Assembly (NCBI GenBank): GCA_951406725.2 | Contig: OX597821.1 | Location: 67,394,001-67,458,000 of the forward strand | DNA: 64,000 nucleotides | Direction of reading: 5' to 3' | Source: Octopus vulgaris | Lineage: Eukaryota | Notes under the pieces: model-generated | The model's input: only the letters and a program-made list of their open reading frames with translations | The model's database searches: none | What the model was told of the DNA's origin: nothing | In this document: in pieces, positions 15,209 to 29,425 of the stretch | How the letters are laid out: each line of letters opens with the position of its first letter | Numbering within the stretch: position 1 is the first letter of the stretch | Translations under genes and position numbers: made by a program

Positions 15209-16907
15209 ATATATATATATCGCCGTGATCGACCAGGCTATCAGATGTTGCTACACATCGCTGGTCACAATGCGCTTCGCATTGTTTTAGCCTTTAAATA
15301 AAGCCACTCCGCTGGCTAAGAGAGCAAGCCAATATATATATATTTATATATATATATACTTCACTTTTACAATTGGTTTGCAAGATTCTTGAAATGAATT
15401 AGTGTGTCGAAGTAGACCTGTTTTAGGAGGGTCATCACGTCTATAATAATAAACACACACACTGGTTCAATGCCACTTCTTTATTGTTAGGCAATTTGTT
15501 AAGTATCTTATGACCTAACGGGTCGTTTGTTTAAGGTATTAGTTAAACATTCCACCGGTCGTCGGTTTGTCAAAATCCTTTCGTCACTATTCTAGCGATT
15601 TAGATAACTCGTCGCCTATCCAAAGAATGAATAAATGAAAATAATATTTGTTTCAAATTTTGGCACAAGGCCAGCAATTCTGGGGAGGAACTACATCGAC
15701 CACAATGCTCGATTAGTGATTATTTTATGAACCTCGAAAGGTTCAAACGCTAAACCCACACCGACAGCATTTGAACTGAGAACGCAAAATCGGAAGAAAT
15801 GCGGCTAAGTATTTTGCCCGACCTGGTAACGATCCTGCCAGGTTGCCACCTTAGAAATGAAAGATAATATTGAATTCAGAAGGAACAAAGAATTAAATGG
15901 AAAGAGAGAAAATATGAAAGAAAGGAAGCAAGAAACAAACAAACAAACAAACAAACAAATGAATTAACAAAAACGAACGGACGAATGACAGGAAGAAACG
16001 TGAGATCGAATAGGAATTGAAGACGGAATGAAACAAACATATAAGGAATGAAGTAAAGTAGATAATAAAAAAAGAAAAAATTGGAGAAAAATATATATAG
16101 GAATAATTGAAAAAGAAGTGAGAAAGAGATTAAAACAAAAAAAAACTAACTGAGAATATATGGAAGAGAAGAAAAACAATGAAAACAAAGGGAAAAGAGA
16201 AAGAAATTTGTTATGAAAAACAGTAAGGTCAGGCAATCAAGCAAATAGAGAGACAAAATGAAAAGTAAAGAAACTATATTATTTCAAGCATTATTTGGTA
16301 AATGGTGGTGCCCCAGCAATGGATGAACCAAGTAAAAGATTTTATTTTTATTCTTTTGCCGTCGCTGCTGTTGTTCATATTATCATATTTGTAGTTCTTT
16401 ACTTAGACTTGACCCAGCTTTCATTCGCATCTTAAATTTGATTATCCTTATTCCAGTAGCGAATGTCTGCACTATACGTTGTCGGTTGATTTTCTTTATA
16501 TTTTTATTCCTAAATTTAATTCTAAGCATCTCAAAACATACTTTGTATTGTTCTCTTCTGGCAGTGGCTCCCTCTCTCTCCCTCTCTTTCTCTCTCCATC
16601 TCTTTCTCTCTCCCTCTCTTTCTTTCTTAATCCCTTTCTATCCCCCTCTCATTCTCCTCTCTGTTCGTGTCCTTTTCTTTCTTAATTCGCTTATCTATAG
16701 CTTATTTATTTTAAAACTCTAGCGCTGTCATGTTTTTTCTGTCTAACTTCTGATTTTTGCATGCGTGTATGTACGCTTGTGTGTGTGTGCCCACGCGCAT
16801 GTGAGTGTATTTATCTGTGTATCTAAGGATTCTGAATGTTCTTGTTAGGTACTCGTACATACTGCACTACACTTACTGATATTTTTCATTGCTTATGTAT
16901 ACATTAC

Positions 16908-17310
16908 TTATTTCTTTATTGCCCACAATGGGCTACACACAGAGGAGACAAACAAGGATAGACAAGCGTATTAAGTCGATTATATCGACCCTAGTGCGTA
17001 ACTGGTACCTATCTAATCGACCCCGAAAGAATGAAAGGCAAAGTCGACCTCAGCAGAATTTGAACTCAGACGAAATGCCTTTTTCTTTACTACCCACAAG
17101 GGGCTAAACACAGAGAGGACAAACAAGGACAGGCAAACGGATTAAGTCGATTATATCGACCCCGTGCGTAACTGGTACTTATTTAATCGACCTCAAGAGG
17201 ATGAAATGCAAAGTCGACCTCGGCGGAATGTGAACGTCAGAACGTAACGGCGGACGAAATAATAATAAGCATTTCACCCGGCGTGCTAACGTTTCTGCCA
17301 GTTCGCCGCT
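16908..17310 (-). mobile_element. Tandem pair of SINE family A copies
   Basis: Two consecutive matches to 59605-59822. Confidence 0.88.
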
Positions 17311-17338
17311 TTGTCTATACATTACTTTTATGTTTTAG

Positions 17339-17404
17339 TCAACAGAAAAGCAGTACCCATGGCGGGTTTGTGGACCTCGGAGACTACAGAAAAGAACGAA
17401 GAAG
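17339..17404 (+). CDS. Candidate 66 nt exon (QQKSSTHGGFVDLGDYRKERR)
   Basis: Acceptor acttttatgttttag, donor AAG/gtatcg. Open in all three phases. Confidence 0.38.
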
Positions 17405-17855
17405 GTATCGTCATCTAGGAAATCTGACCCAAATACTTGTAGTAGGACAGACAGTGCTAAACATGGTCAAAGTAGTAGGTGACGCTTTTAATGTGGGCAA
17501 TGGATTAATTCTACCAGCGAAATAGAACATGGCGTAACTTCAACGCAGAATGCAAAGATCCAAGACAAATAACATGAATCAGTTGGTTCTACTCTTGAAT
17601 GAGCCAGCCACTTAACCGCCAACACACACACACACACACACACAAACGTGCGTATATCTGTGTGTTTTAATGTGCATATACCCATGTACACATCCCAACA
17701 CGTGCTTTACTTTCTTTTACTTTCAGATTTCCGATAAATTTTTCGCCCTCCCTCTTAATTTCTTTTATTTCATATGCATGCGTGTTTTCATACACATACA
17801 CAAAAAAAAAAGATTATATATATAGACCAAAGTGTACGTAAGCCGCTATATATAA

Positions 17856-17887
<32 letters not shown>

Positions 17888-17888
17888 T

Positions 17889-18200
17889 ACAAAATGGGAC
17901 AAGAACGCAAAACATCCAGACAGCTAGATGATACAAAAAGGGACAACAAAACATCCAGATAGACTATACAAAGAAAACAAGGATGGGTCATTTGAAGTTT
18001 TCTTTCCTCAGTCAAGCACCAGATTATCCTCGCAATTTAGGTGATTATTCTTGAGATTGCTCCAGTCTGGCCAGCCGCAAGGAAAAACTAAGCTACAAGC
18101 AATAGATTCCTTCGAAGAAAGTAGAGAATGTATACAAAAACAAGGACGGAAAAACGGACAGTGTTACACAAATATAAATAAAAACTACAATAAAAACTAC
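17889..18200. repeat. Interspersed repeat abutting (TA)n; shorter copy at 8592-8710
   Basis: Shared start acaaaatgggacaagaacgcaaaacatcca and shared gggtcatt.gaag.tt...tcctcagtcaag. Family not identified. Confidence 0.6.
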
Positions 18201-18203
18201 AAG

Positions 18204-18300
<97 letters not shown>

Positions 18301-18353
18301 CAGACAGAGATACAGACAGACAGATAGACAGACAGATAGATAGATAGATAGAC

Positions 18354-18411
<58 letters not shown>

Positions 18412-19182
18412 GGAGAAAGAAAGAGTAAAGGAAATTACTTCAGCCCTTTTGTTTCGTTTTCCTTAAATTCGCTTCAAATTTTTTCCTATGGCTAACAATT
18501 TCAGGTGATGGGATTAAATCGATTACATCGATCTCAGTACTCAACTGGTATTTTTTTATCCACCCTGAAAGAATAAAAGGTAAAGTTCCCTTTCAGCGGA
18601 ATTTGGACTCAGAACGTAAAGACAAACGAAATCATACTAAGCGTGCTAACAACAATCCTATCCTCTCGCACGCAGCCACATCGTTTTCATTCTATTACAA
18701 TTTTAATGCAATATATTATTATAAGCAGTTAGAATCTGTCGGTTACTTAATATGACAGTTGCAAATTACTGTAGAACTATTATTGTAGAGCCACGTTCCG
18801 TAAGATAAGATTATCGTAAGCTTATGTTTAAGATATATTTAGAAATAATTGATGCAATTTCCCGTCATATAATTATAATTTGTGAAGATGGATGAAATTA
18901 CTTGAAATTTGTAATAACCAGTACACAAAGTTTTGATTAAAATGGGATGGGAAGTATTTTACAACACCATGAAAACAAAAAAATAAGATAGAAGCTCGCA
19001 AAATCTACTTTACCTATTGTAAGTAAAATGTATTTTCTAATAAATAAATTTGTGTTCCTCTTTTGTGTGCACATGTGTGTACGCTTACGGCTTTGCGTGT
19101 GAGCGTGAGCGCACGAAGATATGTGCGTATGCGTGCGATTGTGCGTACTTGTTTTTATTTTTATTGAGTATCATGGTGTGTA

Positions 19183-19704
19183 CCGTAAATCCTCGAGTAT
19201 AGTCCGCCCTTGCGTATAAAACGCAGGGGATTTTTAAGGGGCTGTACCTCTGAAAAACCTAAACTTTGTGTATAATACGCACCCCATCTCTAATTTGAGA
19301 CGTGCGCAATTAAGATAGCAGCACCTAGTCGAACGAACACTTCCACGCATGCGTAATACAATAATGGTGATGTTCTTAACTGTTATATGGGAATGTAAAT
19401 ATGTTTGCAAATTGTTTTTGTTACAGGTTATTCTGTGTTCTGAATACTTTTATTTTAATAAATGTTGCTTGCTGCAAGTTTTGGATGATTCTTTTATGAC
19501 TTCATTGCTTTCAGGTTTAGCTTAAGGTATTTTCGTGCTCGGCATCACAAAATGCGTCTGAATAAACATTGCCGGACAGCAAATAGAGACTCGGACATTA
19601 CTTAGAAAATATTTTTCATTTTTAACCTTGTATATAGTACGCACTGGGGATTTTGACATTTAAATTTTGGGAAAAAATTGCGCATTATACTCGAGGATAT
19701 ATGG
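19183..19704 (+). mobile_element. Non-autonomous pogo/Tc1-like MITE
   Basis: TA-CCGTAAATCCTCGAGTATA ... TATACTCGAGGATATATGG-TA. Second copy at 57802-58312. Confidence 0.88.
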
Positions 19705-21121
19705 TATATGTAAAATCTTATGAATATTGAATCTCCTAGATAATGCCGCTACTAGGTTATTTTCGACTAACCCTTACCAGCATTTAAAAAGCCAAAAAAT
19801 ACTCCCTGTAACATTGAATTAGCTGCATCTAGTCATCATTTTGAAAGAGACTTACAAAAGTGAAACTATATACGAAGACGACACTTTAAGAGTACCAAGT
19901 TTAGTGTATTATTCTATTTACTGTTGCTCGAGGAATTCTAATTATCATCCAACAGCACTGAGGTTGAATCAAATGAACCTAAAATGAAGGCTTGGCATAA
20001 AAACCATCAATTTTCGGGGAAGGTTTATTCAACTACATCGATCCCAGCACTCAATAAATATTTATTTTAACGTCCCCGAAATGGTTAAACATAAAGTCGA
20101 CCTCGACGGTATTTAAACTCAGAACATAAAGCCTGATGAAATGTTACTCGTCATTTTGTGCATCGTGCTCTCGATTCTGCCAGCCCGCTTCCTCAAATGA
20201 ACCTGAAATTTTGGGCGGCTCATTGGATCCTTCACAGACCGACTGGACCGACTGGACCGTATTATTTTATAGCATTTATGTTGTTGGTTCTATAAACGAG
20301 CAAATAGTATATTTGATGGCGAGAAAGTCACGAACACATGTATTGATTCCTGTACTGATGACAATTTGTACAATTATTCAATGGAGTTCTTAAACAGCCA
20401 TAACATTAGTGGAATACCCCTCCACCATACTCCGACGTCGTTGTGTTGTACTGTTAATGAAATATTTAAATGAAGCTAATTCACTTTGAAATGGAACAAG
20501 ATTTCGTATAAGCCGTTTACAGGAGCGCATGCTTAAAGGCGGCATCGGTATTTCAGATGAACAAAATGGAAAACATGTCATGTACCAAATTGTTACTGGT
20601 TGTTCTACTCTACAATTCACCTGTATGCCACAACAGCTTCCACAGCTAGTGACTTTCACAATGACGATCAATAAATTTTTATATCAATTAGGGTGTGAAA
20701 GATGTCTATTTTTCTCGACGCAACCACTTTGAATCTATAAATGCATGCTATTTTATCAAGAATTATAGTTCTGTTAGAGCTAGTTTGTCGATAAATTTCA
20801 CCAACATTCTGTACGCGCTGAGGCTTTCCAGTGTTAAACCTAACTTAACTCTTATAGTATTCAAATACATAAATCTGATAAATGATTCAATACATACAAA
20901 CATATGATTTAAAAACATACGTCATCCTATTTGAATTTTTAATCCTCGTCACTAACATGAATAACAACTCTTAAATTTTCTTTATATGCAGGGGTGTATG
21001 TGTGTGTGTGTGACAGAGAGAGAGAGAGAGTCGGTTTGTGCATGTGCGAGTGTAATTCACAATTTTACTTTTTCTATTATATCTAATATACAAATATAAA
21101 TCACATCTGTTACAATAGAAT

Positions 21122-21430
21122 AGGAGGCGCAATGGTCCAGTGGTTAGGACAGCGGAATCGCGGTCGGAGGATCGCGGCTTCGATTCCCAGATCGGGCGTT
21201 GTGTGTGTTTATTGAGCGAAAACACCTAAAGCTCCACGTACCCCGGCAGGGGGGTGGAGACCCCTGTTGTACTCTTTCGCCTCAAATTTCTCTCACCCTC
21301 TCTTCCTGTTTCTTGAGTAACGCTGCGACGGACTGGCGTCCCGTCCAGCTAGGGGGAACACATACGCCACAGAAACCGGGAAACCGGGCCCATGAACCTG
21401 GCTAGGTTTGAAAAGGGTGCATAAATAAAC
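21122..21430 (+). mobile_element. tRNA-derived SINE (family C head, tail 2)
   Basis: Same head as 6947. Diverges after cttcctgtttct into ctgcgacggactggcgtcccgtccag..gaaaccgg. Confidence 0.85.
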
Positions 21431-21783
21431 AATTGAATAATGGGTTGAAAACAACCAGTTTAACACAGATCAGTCTTCAAAAATTTTCACTGAAGTTGCA
21501 GAAGCTGTCGTCAAAAAATAACAGATGGTCTAGTTCGGATGTATGCAAAGGAAATATATATTTTACTGTTGAGATCACAGTAAACCCAGGACATGTCTGA
21601 GGTTGTTTGAAGTATTTGCCAAAATACTTAAATCATCTTTTATGGCTCTACTCTGATTGTGTAGATATTTCAAGTTAATGCTAACAACGACTAAACAATA
21701 TTCTCAATATATGTGATTCAAGAAGAGATAAGGGACTGAATGGCAAAGTAATAAATAAGCTTAAAAATCAAGTATTAATATAC

Positions 21784-21941
21784 AGGCGCTGGCATGGCTG
21801 TAGTAAGAAGTTTGCTTTCCAACCACATGATTCCGGGTTCAGTCCCACTGCGCGGCACCTAGGGTAACTACCTGTGAGTGAAGTTGGTAGACGGGAACTG
21901 AAAGCAATCAGCCGTATATATATATGTAAGTATATATTTAA

Positions 21942-21977
<36 letters not shown>

Positions 21978-22158
21978 GTGTGTGTTTCCCCACCACCACC
22001 ACCACCACAGCTATAGCTTGACACCCGATAGTGGTGTGTTTATGTCACCGATAGAATAAGTACTAGGCTTATAAAGAATAAGTCCTGGGGACGATTTTTT
22101 CGATAAAAACCCTTTCGGGCGCTACTCCAGCATGGCCACAATCAAATGCCTGAAACAA
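21784..22158 (+). mobile_element. SINE family B copy with internal deletion
   Basis: Aligns to 61298-61703. Confidence 0.82.
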
Positions 22159-22337
22159 AGCGGTTGTTTGTAAGTTGATGAGCTGGCAGAATCGTTAGCG
22201 CACCGGGCAAAATGCTTAGCGGCATTTCTTCTGTCTGAGATGAAATTCCACCGAAGTCGATTTTGTCTTTCATCCTTTCGAAGCCGATAAAACAAGTACC
22301 AGCTGAGCATCGGGTCGATGTAATGAACAAAAAACTG

Positions 22338-22432
22338 TAATGGCACTTTGATGAATAACATTTCCGCATTGTTGAAATATATTGTGAAGAATTTCATGTT
22401 TCAAAATGTTGCTTACTTTTTACTCAGCCTGA
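22338..22432 (+). mobile_element. Mariner 3' end and TIR fragment, same family as 26004-27272
   Basis: Matches the reverse complement of 26004-26100. Confidence 0.8.
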
Positions 22433-22461
22433 TGTGCGTGTATATGTATATATGTATGTAT

Positions 22462-22500
<39 letters not shown>

Positions 22501-22511
22501 AGTATATGTCA

Positions 22512-22547
<36 letters not shown>

Positions 22548-24054
22548 TGACATTGTAGATAGATAGATAAACAGAGAGAGAGAGAGTCGGGTAGATTGAT
22601 TGAGAGGTTGATAGAAGTGCGTCTGTTTGTATGCCTTTTAAAACTAAGTATGGTTTGAAGATATAAGGCTCCTTTTTCCAACATGTCTATCACCCAAGTA
22701 CATCTCCGTCTTAAATGTAGAGCGTGAATGCAGCTTGCAGGTAATTATAAACTCCACCAGTCATTATGGTCACAAAATATATAATTATAACAGAGAAATT
22801 AATGTCATCATACACATGTCATAAAAAAGTACAATTATTTTAAAATACATACGCTGTTCCGAAAAGGAATCATAATTCCTATAACTAATATTGATTGATT
22901 TTTATCTAGGCAAGTAGAAGGGACAAGCAAGGATGCATTTCTGTATTATTAGATCGTTTTAGGGAGGTATATGTTCTCTGCATTTGTCATATTACTGGAA
23001 AGAAAATCTTGATATTAAATTATATCTAACGTAGAAGTAGAATTAATAAATAATGTTGTTCTGTCAATATATTGAGTATAATATCAAAAGCTTGAATGAT
23101 GTTTTTCAAAGGGAAGACATCATTAGGTAATTTTCCCCGTTCATAGTATGTATATTAGGCCAGGAACAATAAATCAATTAGCAATTTATTTCTTTTCAAG
23201 ATAATTGTATTTGCATGTCAGGGTCACACCAACAAAAATTCTAAATTCTCAGTCTCATTGGTTGATTTAAAGTATCAGTAAAATATTTGATGTAAATGTA
23301 AAAGGCTTATGTTTCAACATGACTTTGATGCGTCCAACACAAACCATGTCACAATCTAAAGTCTTTAAAAAAGAACGAGAATGTATAGGATACTATACAT
23401 ATTATTATGTCTTTAGCTAGAATGTCATGATCATCAGTGGAACACCTCTGGCCTTGTTCAGTTAGATCGAATGTCATGAGGCTAAATGACTACAGTTAAA
23501 TTTGTAAGATTAAAACCGAAATATTTGATTCGTAATTTGGAATTTTCCGGTCAAATTACCTCGTGGCATTTGAAATTCTATTCCAAATATTCCAGTTGAG
23601 AAACTATAAAGTGGTCAAAACTAAAAAAAAAACATTCGTTTAAAATTTCATTCCATGCCGAACAAGAATTTTCAATAAAGATTTTTTAAAATCATTTTGA
23701 TTCGTATTATTGCTATTAACTATATTCCATTTTTAATTACTGATTAATCTAAATATTATTTGACAATTTATAATTGATTATTAGTAATTATTTCATCGTT
23801 ATTGATTATAATTCTTAAATCAGTCATTTTCTCTATCGAATCTGATTCTAAAACATATTACTCAGGTGTCCAGAGGATGACAAAGTCTAGAAATACTTCA
23901 ACCAACTGCGCAGTTATGCTGACAACACTAAATTCAATATCTGAGAGTTTCAGACAATTCTAAGGAGCCCTTAAACTTATTGCAACGTGAATACACAAAA
24001 TAATGCCACGTATATTCTTGTGTAAGAATATACGTGGCAACTGGGAATCAATTA

Positions 24055-24217
24055 CCGTATTTTAACTTGTATAAGGAACACTTTCTTGTCAAAAATTAGG
24101 TTTAAAAAATATGGGAGTTTCTTATACATGGATAGTATTATAATCCCTTACAAAACATTTTCAAAACATTAGAAGATTTCTTATACACGAGGGTTATTTA
24201 TACATGTCAAAATATGG
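24055..24217. mobile_element. Short MITE with CCGTA-type TIRs
   Basis: TA-CCGTATTTTAACTTGTATAA ... TTATACATGTCAAAATATGG-TA. Confidence 0.7.
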
Positions 24218-25905
24218 TATATTAAGTATCGATGCAGGATTCACGAAATATTAATAAGGCGAAAATGATAGGGTATTTGTTATGATGGTTATTTGCAACA
24301 AATAAAACAAACGTACAATAGCAGGTATTGTTCCTGGGGTTGAATCTTGCAATTATCTAGATTATTGCTGCTACTTATTGTATCTTCGTAGTGGCAAGCA
24401 ATGTATCGAAATGGAAGCAAATGAGCGGCCCCATAAATGGAATATTTTTTTATGTAGTAGGTAAACTGCAAGGAGATTTGAAAAGATTTACGTCTCTGCT
24501 CCTTGATACGAATAAAGAATTAATATGTAGAAATGTATATTGGGAATGACTTCAAAATAGCGGCCCCAAACGTTGTCATTTATAGATACATATCTTTAGA
24601 TTTGGTACTAAAGAACAACGCATTCCATATGGCTTAATATGTCTAGACAATAAATACTCAGGGAAATGAAAGGACCACAACTCTTCAAGAAACAAGCCGA
24701 AACAAAAGCATCATCATGCAGTAAATGTCAAGATATAGGAGCCACACTTCGACATTTCGCTGCAAGATAACTTCCACGCAACTAAACGGCGAAGCAGTGG
24801 CGATATCAGCAACACAAGTATTGCTTATGATGCAGAGACATCTAATAAATGGCTTTTGAATCTGGTACAATAAGCAGAAAGAAATTAATTTAATATTGCA
24901 TCAGAGAATTTCAGAATTATTAATCTCTATAGTTGAAAGAAAGTATATGATACACTACAAGTATTGACTGCATAAAGGAGTAAAAAAAAAACCCGTTTCA
25001 GATGAAATATTTTGTGAAACATTTTATTCAACTTGAAGAGAAATTGCACAATAAATATCCAAAATGTTACATTTAAAAAAAGCTCTGACTATAAAAGAGT
25101 AAGAAATAAGTTTAAATATGAAATATTTGGAAGTGAGTATATATAGTGTGCGCAGATATTGCAAACATTCCAGTAAACATTTATAGAATAGATAAGAAAA
25201 ACTCGGTTCTAATAATTAAATAATCTCGAAGATGCAGAATAGTAAATATGTAGATGTTAATCTAGTTATTTCAGAAAGGATTTAGAAACTAATAAGAAAC
25301 AAATATGTAGTAAGTGTAAAACAGACAATATTACTCAAGGATTAATAATTTTTTTTTTTTTTTTGCAATATTGATAATATTTATCCTGTCATTGTGACAT
25401 TCTCAGAGAAGCTTTCCCGTCGATATACTTGTCGAAGTAAGAATAAAAAAATTTCTATACTAACTTAGAAAATTGTATAGTTTTGGTGAATGTGAAAAGA
25501 ATTATTTACAGTTTAAATGATTTAATATCGATATCTGCATAAAAAAAAACAAAAAAAACAAAAGTGAATTGAGCTTCAGAAAGCAAAATACTTAATGTGT
25601 CGTGAAAAGAAATAAGAACATAAAAATTCGATATAAAATACTTGTTATGTTTATGTCGGCTGCAGGTTAACAATTTTATTTGTCTTCCCTTTATATCATG
25701 TCATTTGCATTTTTCTCATCTCACGTGAATCTGCTGCGCACACGCGCATACTAATTCACACATGCATACAAACAAACAGACCTACTTCTATAAGCCCCTC
25801 AATCAATCTACCTGTCTCTATCTCACACATCCTCTCTCTCTTTCTCTCTCTCTCTTCCTCTCTATCTATCTATCTACAACGTCTGTATATATATATATGT
25901 ATATA

Positions 25906-25987
<82 letters not shown>

Positions 25988-26003
25988 CACACACACACAC
26001 ATC

Positions 26004-27272
26004 TAGCTGAGCAAAAAGTAAGCAACGTTTTGAAACGTAATTCTTCACAATATATTTCAATAATGCGAACATTTTATTTATCAAAGTAAGTACCATTACA
26101 ATCCACATAGTTTTGCCAACAAGTTACAAGTTTGTTTATTCCGGTAGCATAAAAATCTGGGGGTCTGGAGTTCTCGAGCAGATGAACTCTTTGAACATAC
26201 TTTCAGCATCGGTTTCATTTTTTTAAGTACTTCTCTCGCAGCAAACCATCAAGCTCCTTGAAAAAGTGGTATTCGGTAGAAGAACGGTCTGAAGAATTTG
26301 CTGGGTTGGGAAGAATTTCGTAGCTAAGTTTCCTCAGCTTTTGGTGCATCATTAGTAAAATGTCTGATCGAGCATTGTCATGAAAAATGAGTGGCTCTCT
26401 TCTGTTGACCAGCCTTGGACGGAGAAGTACCAGTTTTTCGTTCCTTTTGGCATGTTTCTACAGTAATGGTTTTTCCGGGTTTTAAGAAGTTGTAGTGGAT
26501 GAGTCCAGCAGTACACCACGAAACAGTCACTATAGCCTTCGTTTTGAAGTTTTGGGAGGATTTTTGGTGCTCCATTTAGGGTCTAACCGCTGCCAAGAAC
26601 GTGTTTATTTTTTTATTATTGTACAGAATCCACTTTTCATCGCTAGTTACGATACGGTCGAGAAATGGATCGGTCTGGTTACGGAGAAGCGAATAGCAAA
26701 TTTCATATCTGCGCATTTTCTGATTTTTATTCAAATCATGTAGAGCCCTTTGTCAAGCGTTTTTTATTTTCCGATCATATGTAAATGGTTGCAGGCAGTT
26801 TTCTGGTTAACTTGAAGTTCTTTTGCCGGTTCTCGAGTGGTTTTACGCGGATTTTTCTCAATGGCCGTCATAAAGTGACCTTCATCGATGACAGATGGGC
26901 GTTTACTACGCTCATGATCTTCAAGACTCAGGTCCACTGCGAAATCGTTAAACCATTTTCAAGCTGACCATTCACCGGTCATTTCCTCACCAAACGTTTC
27001 GTTGATATCGCGAGCAATTTCAGCTGCTTTACATACTTCCTTTGACGCTTAATAGCAAAATTGCTCGAATATTGCGCTTTGTCAGTTCCAATTCAGATTA
27101 CTGTAAAAACGGTGAAAACAATTTCAATGTTAAGTTATTGGTGCATTTGGACAAGTATATGTCTCTATATCAGACAATTGTAAAAAACGTTTTTAAAAAA
27201 TTAAAAACTCTGCAAAAATCCGGTACAAATTCTTCATGGTTCAAAACGTTGCTTACTGTTTACTCAACCTGG
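26004..27272 (-). mobile_element. Decayed full-length mariner (DD34D-type) element
   Basis: ~30 bp TIRs (..gag.aaa.agtaagcaacgttttgaa). Transposase remnants DPFLDRIVTSDEKWILYNN, VTVSWCTAGLIHYNFLKPGKTIT, IFHDNARS, YHFFKELDGLL. Frameshifted. Confidence 0.92.
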
Positions 27273-27599
27273 TATATATAATTGAATACGATAGGGTCAA
27301 CAAGAAGGAGTCCGGTTAGACTGTTATTTAATAATCACTACACCTGTTTACATACAACATAGTTCTTCATATATACAGAAATTCGATTATGCGACCTGTA
27401 TAATAGGATCCAGTTGCATTTCTTCATGTGATTTGCAATTACTGTCCTCGTAACGGAATACACATTAAATGACAGTGATGACAGCTATATATATATATAT
27501 CACCAATACTTTACTATCCGCCCTTCTTTCTACCTCTCCTGTCAAAACGTTTTTTCCCAATCAGCCGTCATGTTTGATAGCTAAATCCACAAGGTTTTT

Positions 27600-27750
27600 T
27601 TAATGTTCTCCTTATTTATTTTCTCTTATTCCTTTCTGTTCAAGAGCGTAGGCTCGAAACGTTAAAGACTTTCTCACTTTCCCCAGCATCAAACTAATAC
27701 ACCTGTTTGTTGTTCATCTATCTATCTTCGTCTTTTGATTTTCTGTAAAT
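27600..27750 (+). mobile_element. PLE-type 3' terminus with degenerate hammerhead (27632-27667), followed by (TA)n
   Basis: CTTT-CTGTTCA-A-GAGC(GTAG)GCTC-GAAA-CG-TT-AAAG. Related to 56678-56820 and to a fragment at 39706-39723. Confidence 0.6.
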
Positions 27751-28456
27751 ATATATATATATATATATACATACATACATACATACATAGACAAACAAAT
27801 AGATATATATGTATATACATACACGCACACACACATACACACATTCACACAAATATATATATATATATATATATAAAGACACTTGTACACACATATATGT
27901 GTATGTATGTATTTATGTACGTATGTGTGTTTGTATTTATGAATGTGTGTTGCAAATTTTCATCATATGTGGAGAACTATATGCACATATATACAGATAC
28001 ATACTGGTGAATGTGTGCGTATTTTTAATGATGGTCTCTCGGTCCAAGAAAATTGGTTTTCCAATTTTTTGCTGCACAATCTGTAAAGCGGATTTGTTTA
28101 TTGAGATCAAATGCTTGTGCTCTTCATTAGCTCACTTTCTCCATCAAATCGATGATCTTGTCTATAGAGGTACACCGCGTGTCATGTGTCATCTGTCGAG
28201 ATGATCGCAGAAATAAAGTTAGATAAAGTGTTTTGGTCACGAGCACAACGCACGTTCCGTATCGCGGGTTGGGACCACGCTCGTGCGATCTTGATTACGC
28301 CTTTGGAAATAGCGATACACACATACACACGAGTCCACACTCGCGCGTCACGATTGAGCCTATCGAAATGGCAATACACACACACACACACACACACACA
28401 CGAACACACACAGAAACACACACACACGAACACACACACATGCACACACACGCATA

Positions 28457-29210
28457 TACTCTTTTACTTGGTTCAGTTATTTGACTGCGGCCATGCGAGA
28501 GCACCGACTTTAGTCGAGCAAATCGACTCCAGGACTTATTCTTTGTAAGCCTAGTACTTATTCTATCGGTCTCTTTTATCGAACCGCTAAGTCACAGGGA
28601 CGTAAACACACCAGCATCGCTTGTCAAGTGACAAACACGGACACAAACACACACACATATACGCACGTATATATAAATGTACATATGCAGTTTTCGTCTA
28701 CCAAATCCACCTACAAGGCTTTGGTCGGTCCGAGGCTATTGTAGAAAACACTTGTCCAAGGTGCCACGCAGTAGCAAAGAACAAGGTGGTTGGTAAGCAA
28801 GCTACTTACCACACTGCCACTCCTGCGCCTACATATATGTATGTTTGTAAAGTATGTATATGCAAGCGTAGCTGTGTGATAAGAAGCTTGCTTCCCAATC
28901 TCATGGTCCCGTGATCAGCTTCCCTGCTCGGCGCATTGGGCAGGTTTCTTCTACTATAGGCTCGAGTCGATGAAAGCCTTGTGAGTGGAACTGAAAGGAG
29001 CCGGTCATATACATATGTGTGTGTGATCACGTGTGTGTGTGTGTATCTATGTATGTACGTCTTTCTTTCCCATCACAGCTTGACAAACAATGGTGGCGTG
29101 TTTACGTCCACGTAACCTAGCGTTTTGGCCGAAAGGGACCGATAGAATGAGTACCATTTTTTTTTAATGACCTGAGGTCGATTTGTTCGACTAAACACAT
29201 TCAAGGCGTC
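28457..29210. mobile_element. Head-to-head pair of SINE family B copies (28457-28830 minus, 28860-29210 plus)
   Basis: Both align to 61298-61703. Confidence 0.8.
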
Positions 29211-29425
29211 CCAAATAGAGAGTATGTATGCATTTTTCTCTCCTTCATATGCATTTTCCTCCCCTTCGTCATTGTCTGTATCAATGTATATCTTCTTGAA
29301 AACTTAGTAACTTCTATGCTGGAGTGAGACAGCATGTTCTTTGTCTATCTTCTTAACTTCATAGAGATTTTAGGTATAATTATTCTGTGTCCATCTGTTC
29401 TAATTTAATTAAATTCTATGTCTTT

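Noticed and set aside
18020-18085. Hammerhead in the 17889-18200 repeat
   Set aside because: No core could be assigned on either strand.
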